Below the pieces are notes generated by a model. That model had not been told where the DNA came from and did not search any database. It worked only from the letters and a program-made list of their open reading frames with translations. Both the position numbers and the translations under genes were made by a program. DNA of 64,000 nucleotides from Mobula hypostoma (taxonomy: Eukaryota), in NCBI RefSeq assembly GCF_963921235.1, contig NC_086106.1, forward strand, positions 21,700,001-21,764,000, given 5' to 3'. This document shows positions 1-10,699 of the stretch, one piece after another; within the stretch, counting starts at the first letter, position 1, and every line of letters begins with the position of its first letter.

Positions 1-216
1 CATCAGCATACCGGCCTTTGGCAAAATCAGCCTTCAGGTCGTCACGATTAAATATGTTTCGACGGGCCACAATCTCGACCGTTCCACCTGGGTTTTGGCG
101 ATACCAATATAAATAAAAAGCATCATTGCTGTAGGTGCACGTTAGCGTAATACCTTGGCCCTCAGTCCCCATGACTGCAGAATCTTTCTGAGTCACGTAA
201 TCAGCGTCATTTTGGT
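1..216 (-). CDS. T-cell receptor V exon (TCR alpha/delta-like), 3' end outside the window
   Basis: Manual translation gives (D)QNDADYVTQKDSAVMGTEGQGITLTCTYSNDAFYLYWYRQNPGGTVEIVARRNIFNRDDLKADFAKGRYAD, an open frame with the B-strand Cys, LYWYRQ and KADFAKGR. It is preceded by the acceptor TTTACTTTTTTGCCTGTTTTCCAG (AG at 218-217), phase 1. The alpha/delta assignment rests on recalled similarity to fish and shark Valpha/Vdelta. Confidence 0.9.
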
Positions 217-756
217 CTGGAAAACAGGCAAAAAAGTAAAATAATATTTGCAACTTTAACATTCAAGACCACTTGATTGCATGTGGTTTTCATTAAAAAA
301 AATACACACTTTAGATCATCGAATTGTATTATATCTCTGTGCTCGTGCAAATTTTCACAATTCATTACTCCTTATAATCATAGTAGTCCCGGTTTTGTTC
401 TATCTTTTGTTTCCGGAAACTGCCTGTAACTCTTCCCCTGGACTTCAGAGAATACCGAATACGCATTTGCCATCAAATTCGTCAAGGACCATTAATCTGA
501 TGTTCACACTCATATGATGTCAACGATAACGATGCTGATGTAATCTTTCGAAGTAAAAAAAAAACTAGAATGATCTCTACAATCGATCCTCTTATTTAAA
601 ATATTTAACTCCATGTAGCCATGATGACAGTTAAAATATCACATTTAGTTCAAAGTTGCCTTACCAAAATTTAATCTGTGACTCAAAAACAGGAACATGG
701 TCTATCCGCTGTATCCCAGAAAATTAGTAACCCTGTAAATCAAATTGCATCCTTAC

Positions 757-802
757 CAATGAAAAATGCGACGCACAGCACAGCTAGTAAATTGTGTAGC
801 AT
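757..802 (-). CDS. Leader (signal peptide) exon of the V gene
   Basis: ATG at 802-800 encodes MLHNLLAVLCVAFFI plus G, followed by the donor GTAAGG at 756. The exon is 46 nt, phase 1, and joins in frame to the exon at 216 (G+AC = Asp). Confidence 0.88.
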
Positions 803-897
803 TTTTCTTTCCGCTCCCAAGAGCCAGACTCGTCGGTGTCTCAGGGAGATGCTTGCCACGGATCAATTTGACAGGAAAGCGCAGACTGGCTAGTGCA

Positions 898-910
898 ACG
901 TCACTTCCTG
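898..910 (-). promoter_or_regulatory. ETS + CRE composite element in the V-gene promoter
   Basis: The minus strand reads CAGGAAGTGACGT about 100 bp upstream of the leader ATG. CRE-like AGTGACGT elements are known in TCR V promoters. Confidence 0.55.
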
Positions 911-1774
911 AAGAAGTGAAAGGTGATATATTTTTCTGTTCCTGGCTGCTATGGTCTGGTTTCATATCAGAGAATGAGGAGTGCTATGAATTGCTGGAAA
1001 AAAAAATAAAAACGGTTAATCGGTTTGATTAACATGGCACGTTTAAAATGAATATAAAGCACTGAGTGTATTTCTCAGATATTGGAGAGCGCCAGACGTT
1101 TTCGTTTGCATTTTCATGCTATTGCCTATTCAATGCATATTATGTTGTTTTAATTGAAAAACGTATTATTACAAAATAATAACTGGAAAATAATCAAGAT
1201 CAAAATTTATAATTTCGCAATAATCATACATTTTGTCATCAGGGTCAATCTTTTATGATATTCAGTTATATTGACACAAACATTTCCTATTACGTTTTTC
1301 ACAGAGTGTTTAGTCAGTGAGCATATTCCACTCTTACCTGTTCTGTAACTTCAAATACCTGCCTTATCAAAGGGCCAATGACCCGAATAATAACCTATAT
1401 TTGACACTGTATAAAAACTGCATGATCATGTGGGTAATTTGGGCATTTCTCTCCTATTTACAAATTCCAGCATTGTCCCTGTTTAGCCTGTATAACGTGG
1501 TTTATAGTAAATCTTAACCTCGGCACAGCAGCCATGTTTCTGTGCATATTACATTTCCCTTGAGTCTGCTCGATGAGTTCATAAAAAGTAGACAGACTTC
1601 ACAATGCTACACTAGTTTCACGCTATTGTTGTCATAATTAAAGATACCGCAGTCGCTGCACTTAAATTAAAAAAAATAGTCATGAATATGCGATACAGGT
1701 ATGTTGCTATAATCCCTACGAGAGTAGGAGCAAACTTGCTTAATATCATTAGAATATGTATCCTTTATTCGGAC

Positions 1775-2257
1775 TTCGAAGAAATTTGGCACATCAAAAA
1801 AATACACTCAGAAACTACTCCAGTTGTATCGTGGAGAACACTCTGACAGGCTGCATCACTGTCTGGCATGGAGAGACTACTGCTCAGAACCGAAATAATA
1901 TGCAGAAGGTTTAAAATCTAGTCAGCTCCATCTTGGGTACCAGCCTACAATGTACGCAGGACATCTTCAGGGAGCGGTACCTCAGGAAGACAGCGTACAT
2001 TATAATTGGCCTCCAACAGCCAGGTCATGCCCTTTTCTCACTGTTACCATCAGGCAGGACGTACATAATCTTGAAGATACACACTCAGCGATTCAGCAAC
2101 AGCTTCTTCTTCTCTGCCATCAGATTCCTAAATGGATATTGAATCTTTGGCACTATTTTTGTGTTTTGTATAGAGTACTTCTGTTTGTGCAAGTGTTTTA
2201 AAATCTATTCAATATACGAATACTGTAACTGGCTTACTTGTATATTATTATTTATAT
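1775..2257 (+). mobile_element. Rex1/Babar-like LINE 3' fragment
   Basis: Degenerate RT C-terminal and 3' sequence (CTGCATCACTGTCTGGCATGG...CTGTTACCATCAGGCAGGA...CAGCTTCTTC) with an AT-rich tail. Homologous to 47890-48530 and 56790-57400. Confidence 0.7.
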
Positions 2258-2259
2258 TA

Positions 2260-2784
2260 CGAGGGGTGATTGATAAGTTCGTGGGCTTAGGTAGAAGGTT
2301 TCAATTTTAGAAAACCGAGCACATTTATTTCCCAACATAGTGCCCTCCTCCATTTGCACACTTATTCCAGAGGTCCAGGAGCATACGGATCACTTCTTTG
2401 TAGAAGTCAGCATCTTGGGCCTCCAGAAAAAAATGGTCCATAGCTGGGGTGCTGATAAGTTCGTGGCCTAATGTAGAAGGAGATGAGTTATGCAGTTTTC
2501 TTTACACGCACGTGCAGTTAGACTCATTGAGTGATTATGCAGAAAGTTTGAAGTTAATAATGCATTTCCTTCTACCTTATGCCACGAACTTATCAATCAT
2601 CCCTGCTGTGGACCAAGTTTTGGAGGTCCAAGAAGTTGACTTCTACAAAGGAGGGATCAGTATGCTCCACGATCGCTGCACAAAGTATGTAAATGTAGGA
2701 GGGGACTGTGTTGGAAAAGAAATATGCTGGGTTTCTGAAATTGCCCCCGTCTACCTTAGGGACGGTCTTATCAATAACTCCCCG
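2260..2784 (+). mobile_element. Internally deleted mariner (Tc1/mariner) derivative
   Basis: Imperfect TIRs (CGAGGGGTGATTGATAAG...TAGGTAGA and its reverse complement), TA flanks at 2258-59 and 2785-86, and a remnant transposase C-terminus GISMLHDRCTKYVNVGGDCVGK. Confidence 0.8.
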
Positions 2785-4081
2785 TATTTGCGTGGCCATA
2801 TCACTGCAAGAGCTATTGTTAGATGAAGCCCGGAAAAGGCAACAGCTGCGACCCAGATAACTGGCAGTTATTGAATGAGGATTTACCCTGCTCCGGTAAC
2901 AGTAAGACTGTGCACGCAAATGCATTGAGTGCAAGACAGGTGCAAAGTAGGCATGGAAATTAATACTCTCTTTCTGAGAACTGGACTATACCATCAAAGT
3001 GTCTTTAGCGTAACCGGGCTGACGTTCATAACGAACTGGTCCTACTCTTTGGAAGGTGAGTTCCATCTTTTCTTTGGTATTATAGTAGCAACACAAGAAA
3101 GAATAATTAAACAACAACACTTTAGCGCTGTAAGGCAGAGAGCCGTTCGTCGGCGTTGAGTACCGACTAGAATGCATTATGGACATTATGGAGTGCATTC
3201 GTTATACTACCTTGAAGTTTGACATCAGCAGTAACTAAACACACAAAAAAAAAATAGAACCCGCTGAAAACAAAGGAAGAACAGCAAACATAAAATATAA
3301 AGAAAAATACAAAATGAAGACCTCATGGGCAGAGCTCGAGGATAAAAAAAAATAAATAAATAAAACACATCGACTGTGCTACATCCTGCATAGCCTGTGT
3401 CTGGATTGGGACAATTTCTCGTTCCTTCCTTTCAAATAGGATGGAAATTCACCACGGTTCGAACTTGATTTGGTGCAATTTAAGCCTTGTGGCTATAACG
3501 CACTCCAACAGAGTTATTATTGTGGCTAGTCAGTCCTCAGAATAAGAAAACCATTACGGCATGATCTACTGCCGGTTGCCTTTACAAGTCGGTGCAATAC
3601 CAGCCTAAAGCAATACAGGCAATTTCACTCACCTGGATGACTCCCATATCCCGTCCAGTAACAGAATTTCAGATCGGCATCTTCTTTTCCTTTTAACAAC
3701 AACAAAAAAAAAGAAAAGCAAACAAATAAAAAGACACGAAAATTTGCTTCAGATCTGTTACGTGCATCTTATGGGATTTGAAAAACAAATCAAGAAAGCA
3801 TCGAAGTATAGAAACACAGATGTGTTAGGCACTTTCGTTATGGAGGCATTAAGAAATGATAGAACACAGATTTAGCGTTGACCAACCCAAAGGACACAAC
3901 AGAAATTCATCATTGACTGTTGGAATATTAAAGACTGTCTTCCACTCATCCCTTCAAGAATAGTGATTAAATTATAAGCGTCTAATAAGTCCGGTATTTT
4001 GGAAAATACTTGTCGTTTGCAACCATTCAAACGTTGTATTGATTCTGTGAATATGAAGCAATTCTGATCGGATATTCAATT

Positions 4082-4132
4082 ATGTATGTGTGTATGCATA
4101 TATGTATGTATGTATGTATGTGTGTGTATGTT
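4082..4132. repeat. (TATG)n/(TG)n microsatellite
   Basis: Seen directly in the sequence. Confidence 0.9.
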
Positions 4133-4181
4133 TGTTGCGTTGTATTCTATGCAACGTATCAGTCTCCCATCTTTTATGGTT

Positions 4182-4536
4182 ACAATAAAGAACGCTGCTG
4201 TCGCCCAAGATGTGAACAGTCTGATGAAGCCGGAGGCGTGGGGCTCTGGAATCTACTTGTCTAAGTCCAGATATTCGGGACCGAACAGGTAAACAGAACT
4301 CCCTCATGGTGTATAGGTTCGCTGCAATAACTCACTGTCACAATCATCTCTGTGATGGGGCTATAGTGCAGGTGCCATCTGTTTATTAAAACATCCCAGG
4401 AAATCGAAATCCGCGGTGGAAACATTTTTTTTGATCCTCATCAATCCCAAACAAGGGGATGCCAAATGAAGATTCTGAAACACGGGTGGCAGACTCAGAA
4501 ACAGAAGTATCTTCTGGCAGACAGCCCTGGTGACAT
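4182..4536 (-). pseudogene. Putative eroded Ig/TCR V pseudo-exon
   Basis: Acceptor CTATCTTTCAG at 4537. The phase-1 frame gives DVTRAVCQK...FLGCFNKQMAPAL*. After a frameshift it gives HILGDSSVLYC, resembling LELGDSAVYYC. There are stops and frameshifts and no intact RSS. Confidence 0.35.
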
Positions 4537-6429
4537 CTGAAAGATAGGTCCAGGATACCGCCATCATACTAGACTACAACGCGACAGTCCTGCGACAAAG
4601 ACGAATACGCCAAGATTGAGAGAGCCCAGGGGCGTAGAAGAAGTGAATCAATGCAGTTTTCACTGATCCCCTAACTGGATGCGAAACGGATCTGAAACAT
4701 ATCACAGTGCTCCAGTGTTCTACCAAGTAGTGGTTGTCAAACAATACTCTGATTCTCTGATCTGAAAGAGGACATCTTGCAGCGGTGACGTCTACAATTA
4801 GATTGGTCGCCTGAAACCAATATAGAGCGCACACGTTCTCCAGATGTCTCAGCATTAGGAAGCATATTTGGGCCCAGACTTAGTTATTTGACTCGTCAAC
4901 TTGTCGACACAGGGTTGGAGTGAGCGTCATAGGCTTCCCTCAAACGGACCGCACTTGGAGTTTCCCGCATTCTCTGGAGAAGTTGTTTGAAAGTATTTTT
5001 CCCCTCAATAATACCCCCTTCTCTCCCTCTCTCTTATCTTCCTGTAGGGCCCGGCAGATTTTAGACCGGTCCTGCCCATCTGCAAGCCTATGCGATTGTG
5101 GACTATTTCGGTAAGTACTTGGACAACTATAAATATGGGTTAATAACGGAAATAGAAGGAAGTATAACAGGGAAAATCAGCGTAACACCCCCTCTGTCTC
5201 TGAGACATCCGGTTAACAAGTACGATTTCTAAGTCAATCAGACATTGGAAGTCCTGAAACTGTACAAGCGCTGACTTTTCAAGCAGGAGCTTTGCATTCG
5301 GCCTTCTTAAGATGATTGGAACGAGGCCTTCTCCATTCCATCCTCTCTGAATTAGCAGTCTCCACAACTCGGCAGCAGTCTGCGAATCTGTAGCATATGG
5401 AGAAGTTGACTTGTGGCCTGCTTCCACTCGACGGGGTAATAGAAGTCCAGTCTCATAGTACTGGAGAATATGGCAATGATAAAACATAAGAGAACGTCTT
5501 TCTTCTTCAGCGCCTCAAGCCTCGCCAGGGACACACTGGACAGGAGAAAGATAATACATACAGCCACTCTTCGTTCAGAGAGTAACTGGATTTGTAGCAG
5601 ACCGATGGTAATGGGACATTCCGTTAGCATCCCACGGCAACAAAGTGCGTTCCCATTAAAGCACTCGGCATGAGACCTATAGTACGATATTTCGATGCCG
5701 TGTTGGATTTTCCTGTCTGCTTAGCACTGTAGATCTCTCAGAAGAAAATCAGCTTGTAAACACACAAATAAACACACACACACACAAATAATACATTCTG
5801 AAGTGAGTTTTCCTGCAGCTCCCTCCGCTGGATGTTACGATATAAGTTTGCAAAGCGTCACACTGACGGCTTTTGTTCGCTCACCTTGTTCTACAATCTG
5901 CATTGATACCTTACGAGCGAATCAAGCTATCGCAGCAAACGGCGGCATTTTCATCGCCACATAGCCTTTTTTTTTAATCGAGCTGTACCTGGGGAGTGTA
6001 TCTAGGGTAGGATTCACGTGGTCTCCTTGGATTGTACGCTACCAGTTAACTGAGTACGGGCTGAATTAAGGATGTATGTAGAATAAAAAGGACAGTGTCC
6101 ACAGCACTGCGCGTCCACATAGATCAGTATGTTTTTAACACAGTGCAGACGCTAGATTTCCTGTTTTGGGGATTCTACGTACCCATGTGTACTAGCCAAG
6201 AATTCGAACGACTCCCTCATTCCAAGAGTTTGTTTACTCGATAATATCACCGCTGGCCTCACTGCCTATTGGCAGCCTTTTCTATCCACAGAAAGTGACA
6301 AATGACATTAGTTCGCAGGTCTAGAAAGTGAAAGAGAAAACACAGATTGTTAATAAGTAAATCAATCATTTATGTACAATCAGTAAAACGTCGACCAAAC
6401 CATCACTGTGCCAAAGTTAAATTCAGGAA

Positions 6430-7180
6430 TATGCGATGCCGATGGATTTGGGCGTGTTTGTGCCTAAGAGCCTAAATGTTAACTTGCAGGTTGAGTCGGT
6501 GATGAGGAAAGCAAATGTCATGTTAGCATACTTTTCAAGAGGTCCAGAATATAAGAAACAGGGTTGTGATGCTGAGGCTTTATAAGGCGCTAGTACGGCC
6601 TCACCTCGGGTATTGTGAACGGCTTTGGGCCACTCCTCCTAGAAAAGATGTCCTGGCAGAGGTTTCAAAGGAGGTTTACAAGGATGATTCTACGAATGAA
6701 AGTGTTATCACATGAGGAACGTTTGACGGCTCTGGGACTGTAGTCGCTGGAATTCAGAAGAATGAGGGATGATGTCATTGATATGTTTCATTTTTTTGGA
6801 ATGTTGAAATGCCTAGACAGAGATGATGTGGAAAGGGTGATTCCCATGGTGGGAGAATCTACGACAAGAAGGCATAACCTCAGGATAGAGAGGCGCCCTT
6901 TCAAAACAGAGATGTCAAGAATTCCTTTAGTCAAAGGCTGGTCAATTTGTGCAACTTATTGCCACATGCAGCAGTAGAGGCCAGGTCGTTGATGGCATTT
7001 AAGGTAGAGATTGATAGGTTGTTGATTGGACATTGCATCAAAGGTTACGAGGAGGAGTCCGGGAACTGGGGTTGCGGAGGAGACAGACAGAAAAAAGGAT
7101 CTGCTATTATTGAATGGTGGAACAGACTTAGTGGGACAGATTGTCTAACACTGCTCCTTTGTCTTATGGTCTTATGGTCT
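6430..7180 (+). mobile_element. CR1 LINE 3' fragment (degenerate RT end and 3' UTR)
   Basis: RT C-terminal remnants, the TTGAATGGTGGAACAGACT 3' motif and an ATGGTCTT-type tail. Confidence 0.8.
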
Positions 7181-7340
7181 CATGACAGAACCTTGCTGAA
7201 TTTTCTACTGCATGCAATCAAAGAACATATTGAGTTGACAGCACACATGGAGGGCACCTTCCCAATGACTATGTCCACTGGTTGCCTTAGATAAAGAAAT
7301 AGAATGAGAACGGCTGCCCCACGTCTCTGCACCCCCCCCC

Positions 7341-7341
<1 letters not shown>

Positions 7342-7371
<30 letters not shown>
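7342..7371. repeat. (CA)n microsatellite
   Basis: Seen directly in the sequence. Confidence 0.95.
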
Positions 7372-7373
<2 letters not shown>

Positions 7374-9174
7374 ATACCCAGATACGCACGAGCTCTCTAT
7401 ATACCCAGGATATTTCAAACTGGACACAGGGCTGCAAAACCAATGGGAAATGCAGCAGTTTCTATACAGAACAATAAAGATGGAATTTCTAAAAGAACAC
7501 TGAGGCACAGCCCCAGAAAGACATACCGCCACTCCAAATATGCGAACGTTATGATTCAACACTCAGACTAGTCTGATTCTTGAGTTAGCTCCTTGAGTTA
7601 GATAGAAAACACAAGAACACATTGGCCACGACAGTACACCCAATAGTCACGTCCCAGTACACTACCGTAGTCTACCAGTGCCTCCGCCAATACTCAAAAA
7701 AGCCACCAGCGCCATACAGGAGAATAAGAGCAAATTATATGATCCCTCCGCTCCATCATGTATACTGATTCCAATGATCAACCTGCTGAGCGACGTTTCT
7801 CGACCTGTACAAATCGCAATTTTCTTGATGAGCAGGCAATCTAAAGCCTTCGAAATCGGTTACCGGGTGATTCTGACCCTGCGATTCATCAAAGGATAGT
7901 ATTCAAAGCTTCCTTTCCCTGCAGTAGCGAGCTTACCGGCCAGCATGTGGAATGTGCTGAATCAGGGCACGCTGGTGTGAGGTCGGCACCACGGATCAAC
8001 AGAAAAACACGGAAATGCTTAGGAGCTGTATAACTAGCAAGCGGAATTTGGCGTTTAACAATGACCCGCCTTTACACCACCATTTAGCACAGTCACAGGA
8101 GTTGCAGGTAACTGTTGCAGCCCACACGTACGATCCACTTTGTACCTTGCACCTGCATTCAACATTTCACCTTCACCAACACTCTGCCTGGCGGAGAAAC
8201 TAAACTACGAGACAGAACATTCCAGTTAAACAAATGGAACGTAGGCAAACGCTAGTCCTAAAATAGCTATACTGCAACAGCGACATTCTCCGAGTTTACT
8301 TAAACGTGTGTCCATTCTGCGGTATGAGGTTGGATGGACAAAATTCCCTATTCTCTTTGAAGACGTCCTGAGTACTTTATAGGCTTGTACGCAATCTGGC
8401 ATCCACCAAATTTACGACCCTTTAATTTTACGAGAAGTTGGAATTTAGTTTGACATTATATTTCCTTGTCAAAGCTATCAATATCCGTGGCATTCGCTCC
8501 GCGATGTAAGAACCAAACTTAATACAAATTAAGCAATCTAACACGTCGTTGCAGTGTGTAGATTCAAATATCATCCCCGGGGATGTATCGCTGCATCTTC
8601 CAGCACAATACAGCACCAAACAGTTTGTCGTTCTGTAATGCAGGAAGAGTAAAATGCATTATCTCCTAAATAGAACATTCAAAAAGGCAACAGATCCAGT
8701 AGAATTGCTCCCAAGGTTTTCAGTTTCAAATTAAATGTGGGCTTCTCCTATCCAGAACGTAGTTGCCCACATTTCTATTTAACAATCTAAAATTTAATTT
8801 GTCCAGCATAGAAAGCGAGTCCCACTTAAAATAGAGAGAGAGAGAAAAAAAAAAAACACAACAAACAGCAATAGCGACAACAACAACAATATAATCACAC
8901 TGGGAAACGAGAAATAGAAAAAAAAATGCATATTAAGACACAATAAGCACATACAATATAACAAAAAAAAAACAACAAAAACAATCAGCAATGTAACGGA
9001 CAAAGGAAACACTGAAGCAACGAAATGATTAAACGCAAACAAAAAGCTGAGACTGTACATTTTTCTTAAAAATTTAAAACATCCAGCTATCTTCTGACAG
9101 AGAAATATCACGCTGATCAAAACAACAGGGAATGAAAAAAGTAACTGGGCGGGGCACAACACAGTAACAGAGTT

Positions 9175-9175
<1 letters not shown>

Positions 9176-9229
<54 letters not shown>
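9176..9229. repeat. (CA)n microsatellite
   Basis: About 27 perfect units. Confidence 0.95.
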
Positions 9230-9231
<2 letters not shown>

Positions 9232-10037
9232 GACTGACGCCTGCTGCGACACATCACGTTTCACTGTATTGAAAGTTTTGACACTTTTTAAACGGGGGGG
9301 GGGGGCGGTATTGGAGGGCGGGAATGCAGGGCGGATGATGACTTTGATAAAACAATGAGGTTCTAACCGCCCCTTGATTGCCACTGATGGCGACCGCCAG
9401 ACGCCGCCATTTTTTTTTTACAGAGGGCTATAAAATCAATCATGAATGCAATGTGAGGAATCTAGCAGAGTACAAAAGGAGCTCTTCTTTGCAGAGGCTT
9501 GAAGGAAAAACAAATCACCTCAACAAGCTCCATCCCTTGATTCCACGGAAGATACATTCTTCACATTGCAATCACGTTCGGTATAGGATCCGCGGTTTAC
9601 ATGCTCCCCCGGGTCCCAGGCCCTGAACAAAATTATAACGAATTCTTTACGGGGCATGTGGATCCCACCACCGCCCCCCACCCCCCGCCCCACTTCCCTT
9701 CTGCTTACTCGTTGTTCGTCGCTGGGTATATGTATACTCTTCTTCATACTTAAAACGTTTTAATTCTTAAATTGCTTTACCTTTGCAGAGACCATCATTC
9801 AACGCTATTTAAAATAACACTACAACCTCTGTTGGAAAATCTGCCTCTGTAACGAGTCCAGAATGATACCACATTTACGGTACAATTCTGTGACAGACCA
9901 TACTGGTGTGGAACTTTTCTGCGCCCCCCACAACCTTCTAATGTGCTCCACTCCGCTCGTGATTTTGCATTCCATTCAGAAAGATTAGGATACAGAGGTT
10001 TAACTGCAGCGCTTACACGAACCCATGGTGATGCTGT

Positions 10038-10310
10038 GAGGCGGCACGGTAGCGTAGTAATCAGCTACCAGCGACGCGGCTCAATTTCTGCCGCTTTTGG
10101 AAAGGGGAATTTTGCTCTCTGCCCGCGGACGTGTGGGTTTCCACCGGGTGACACAGATTCCTCCCATATGCCAAAGACGCATCCGTTGATCGGTTTATTG
10201 GTAAATTTAAATTGTCCCATGATTAGGCTAGGATTAAACGGCAAGATTGCTGGGCAACACGGCTTGAGTGGCTGAAAGAACCAACTCCGTGCTCGATGTT
10301 AATAAGTTAA
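10038..10310 (+). mobile_element. tRNA-derived V-SINE (HE1-like)
   Basis: tRNA-like head GGCGGCACGGTAGCGTAGT and V-domain core GTGTGGGTTTCCACCGGGTG...CTCCCATATGCCAAAGACG...TAAATTGTCCC. Confidence 0.8.
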
Positions 10311-10699
10311 ATTATGCAATGGTCATGCAGGCAGCGTTCGCAAGAAGTTATTGATCACGTGTTGGGAAGATAGGCTCCTTAATGTATCTGTCTGTCTCTT
10401 ACCTAGCAACACTTTGGTACCCACCCCATGACGCTCCACGTTCACATCCGGTAATAAACACGTGTCTAAGATACGCCAAGCGCTTTTTCTGTACCTACAA
10501 GCTATCATTATGAATTACTTTGAGGATAATTCTCTTATACCAATTGGTTGTCTCTATGACTGTGACCAGTAATTAGTACAGTATCATATCGTTCAATACT
10601 GAGACCGTTGACGTTTGTCATCTATATGAATAACAGGAATAATAACTCTGGTTAACACCAATATTGTCGGGTGGTGGCCAGCGGGGAAGTAACCTAAAA

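Noticed and set aside
1336-1425. Strong donor CAG|GTAAG preceded by a nonamer-like AGTTTTTAT (possible J)
   Set aside because: There is no heptamer at 12 or 23 bp, no FGxG motif, and a stop in the phase-1 frame.
8794-9384. 196-aa hydrophobic ORF
   Set aside because: It is produced by (CA)n, (ACA)n and A-rich low-complexity sequence.
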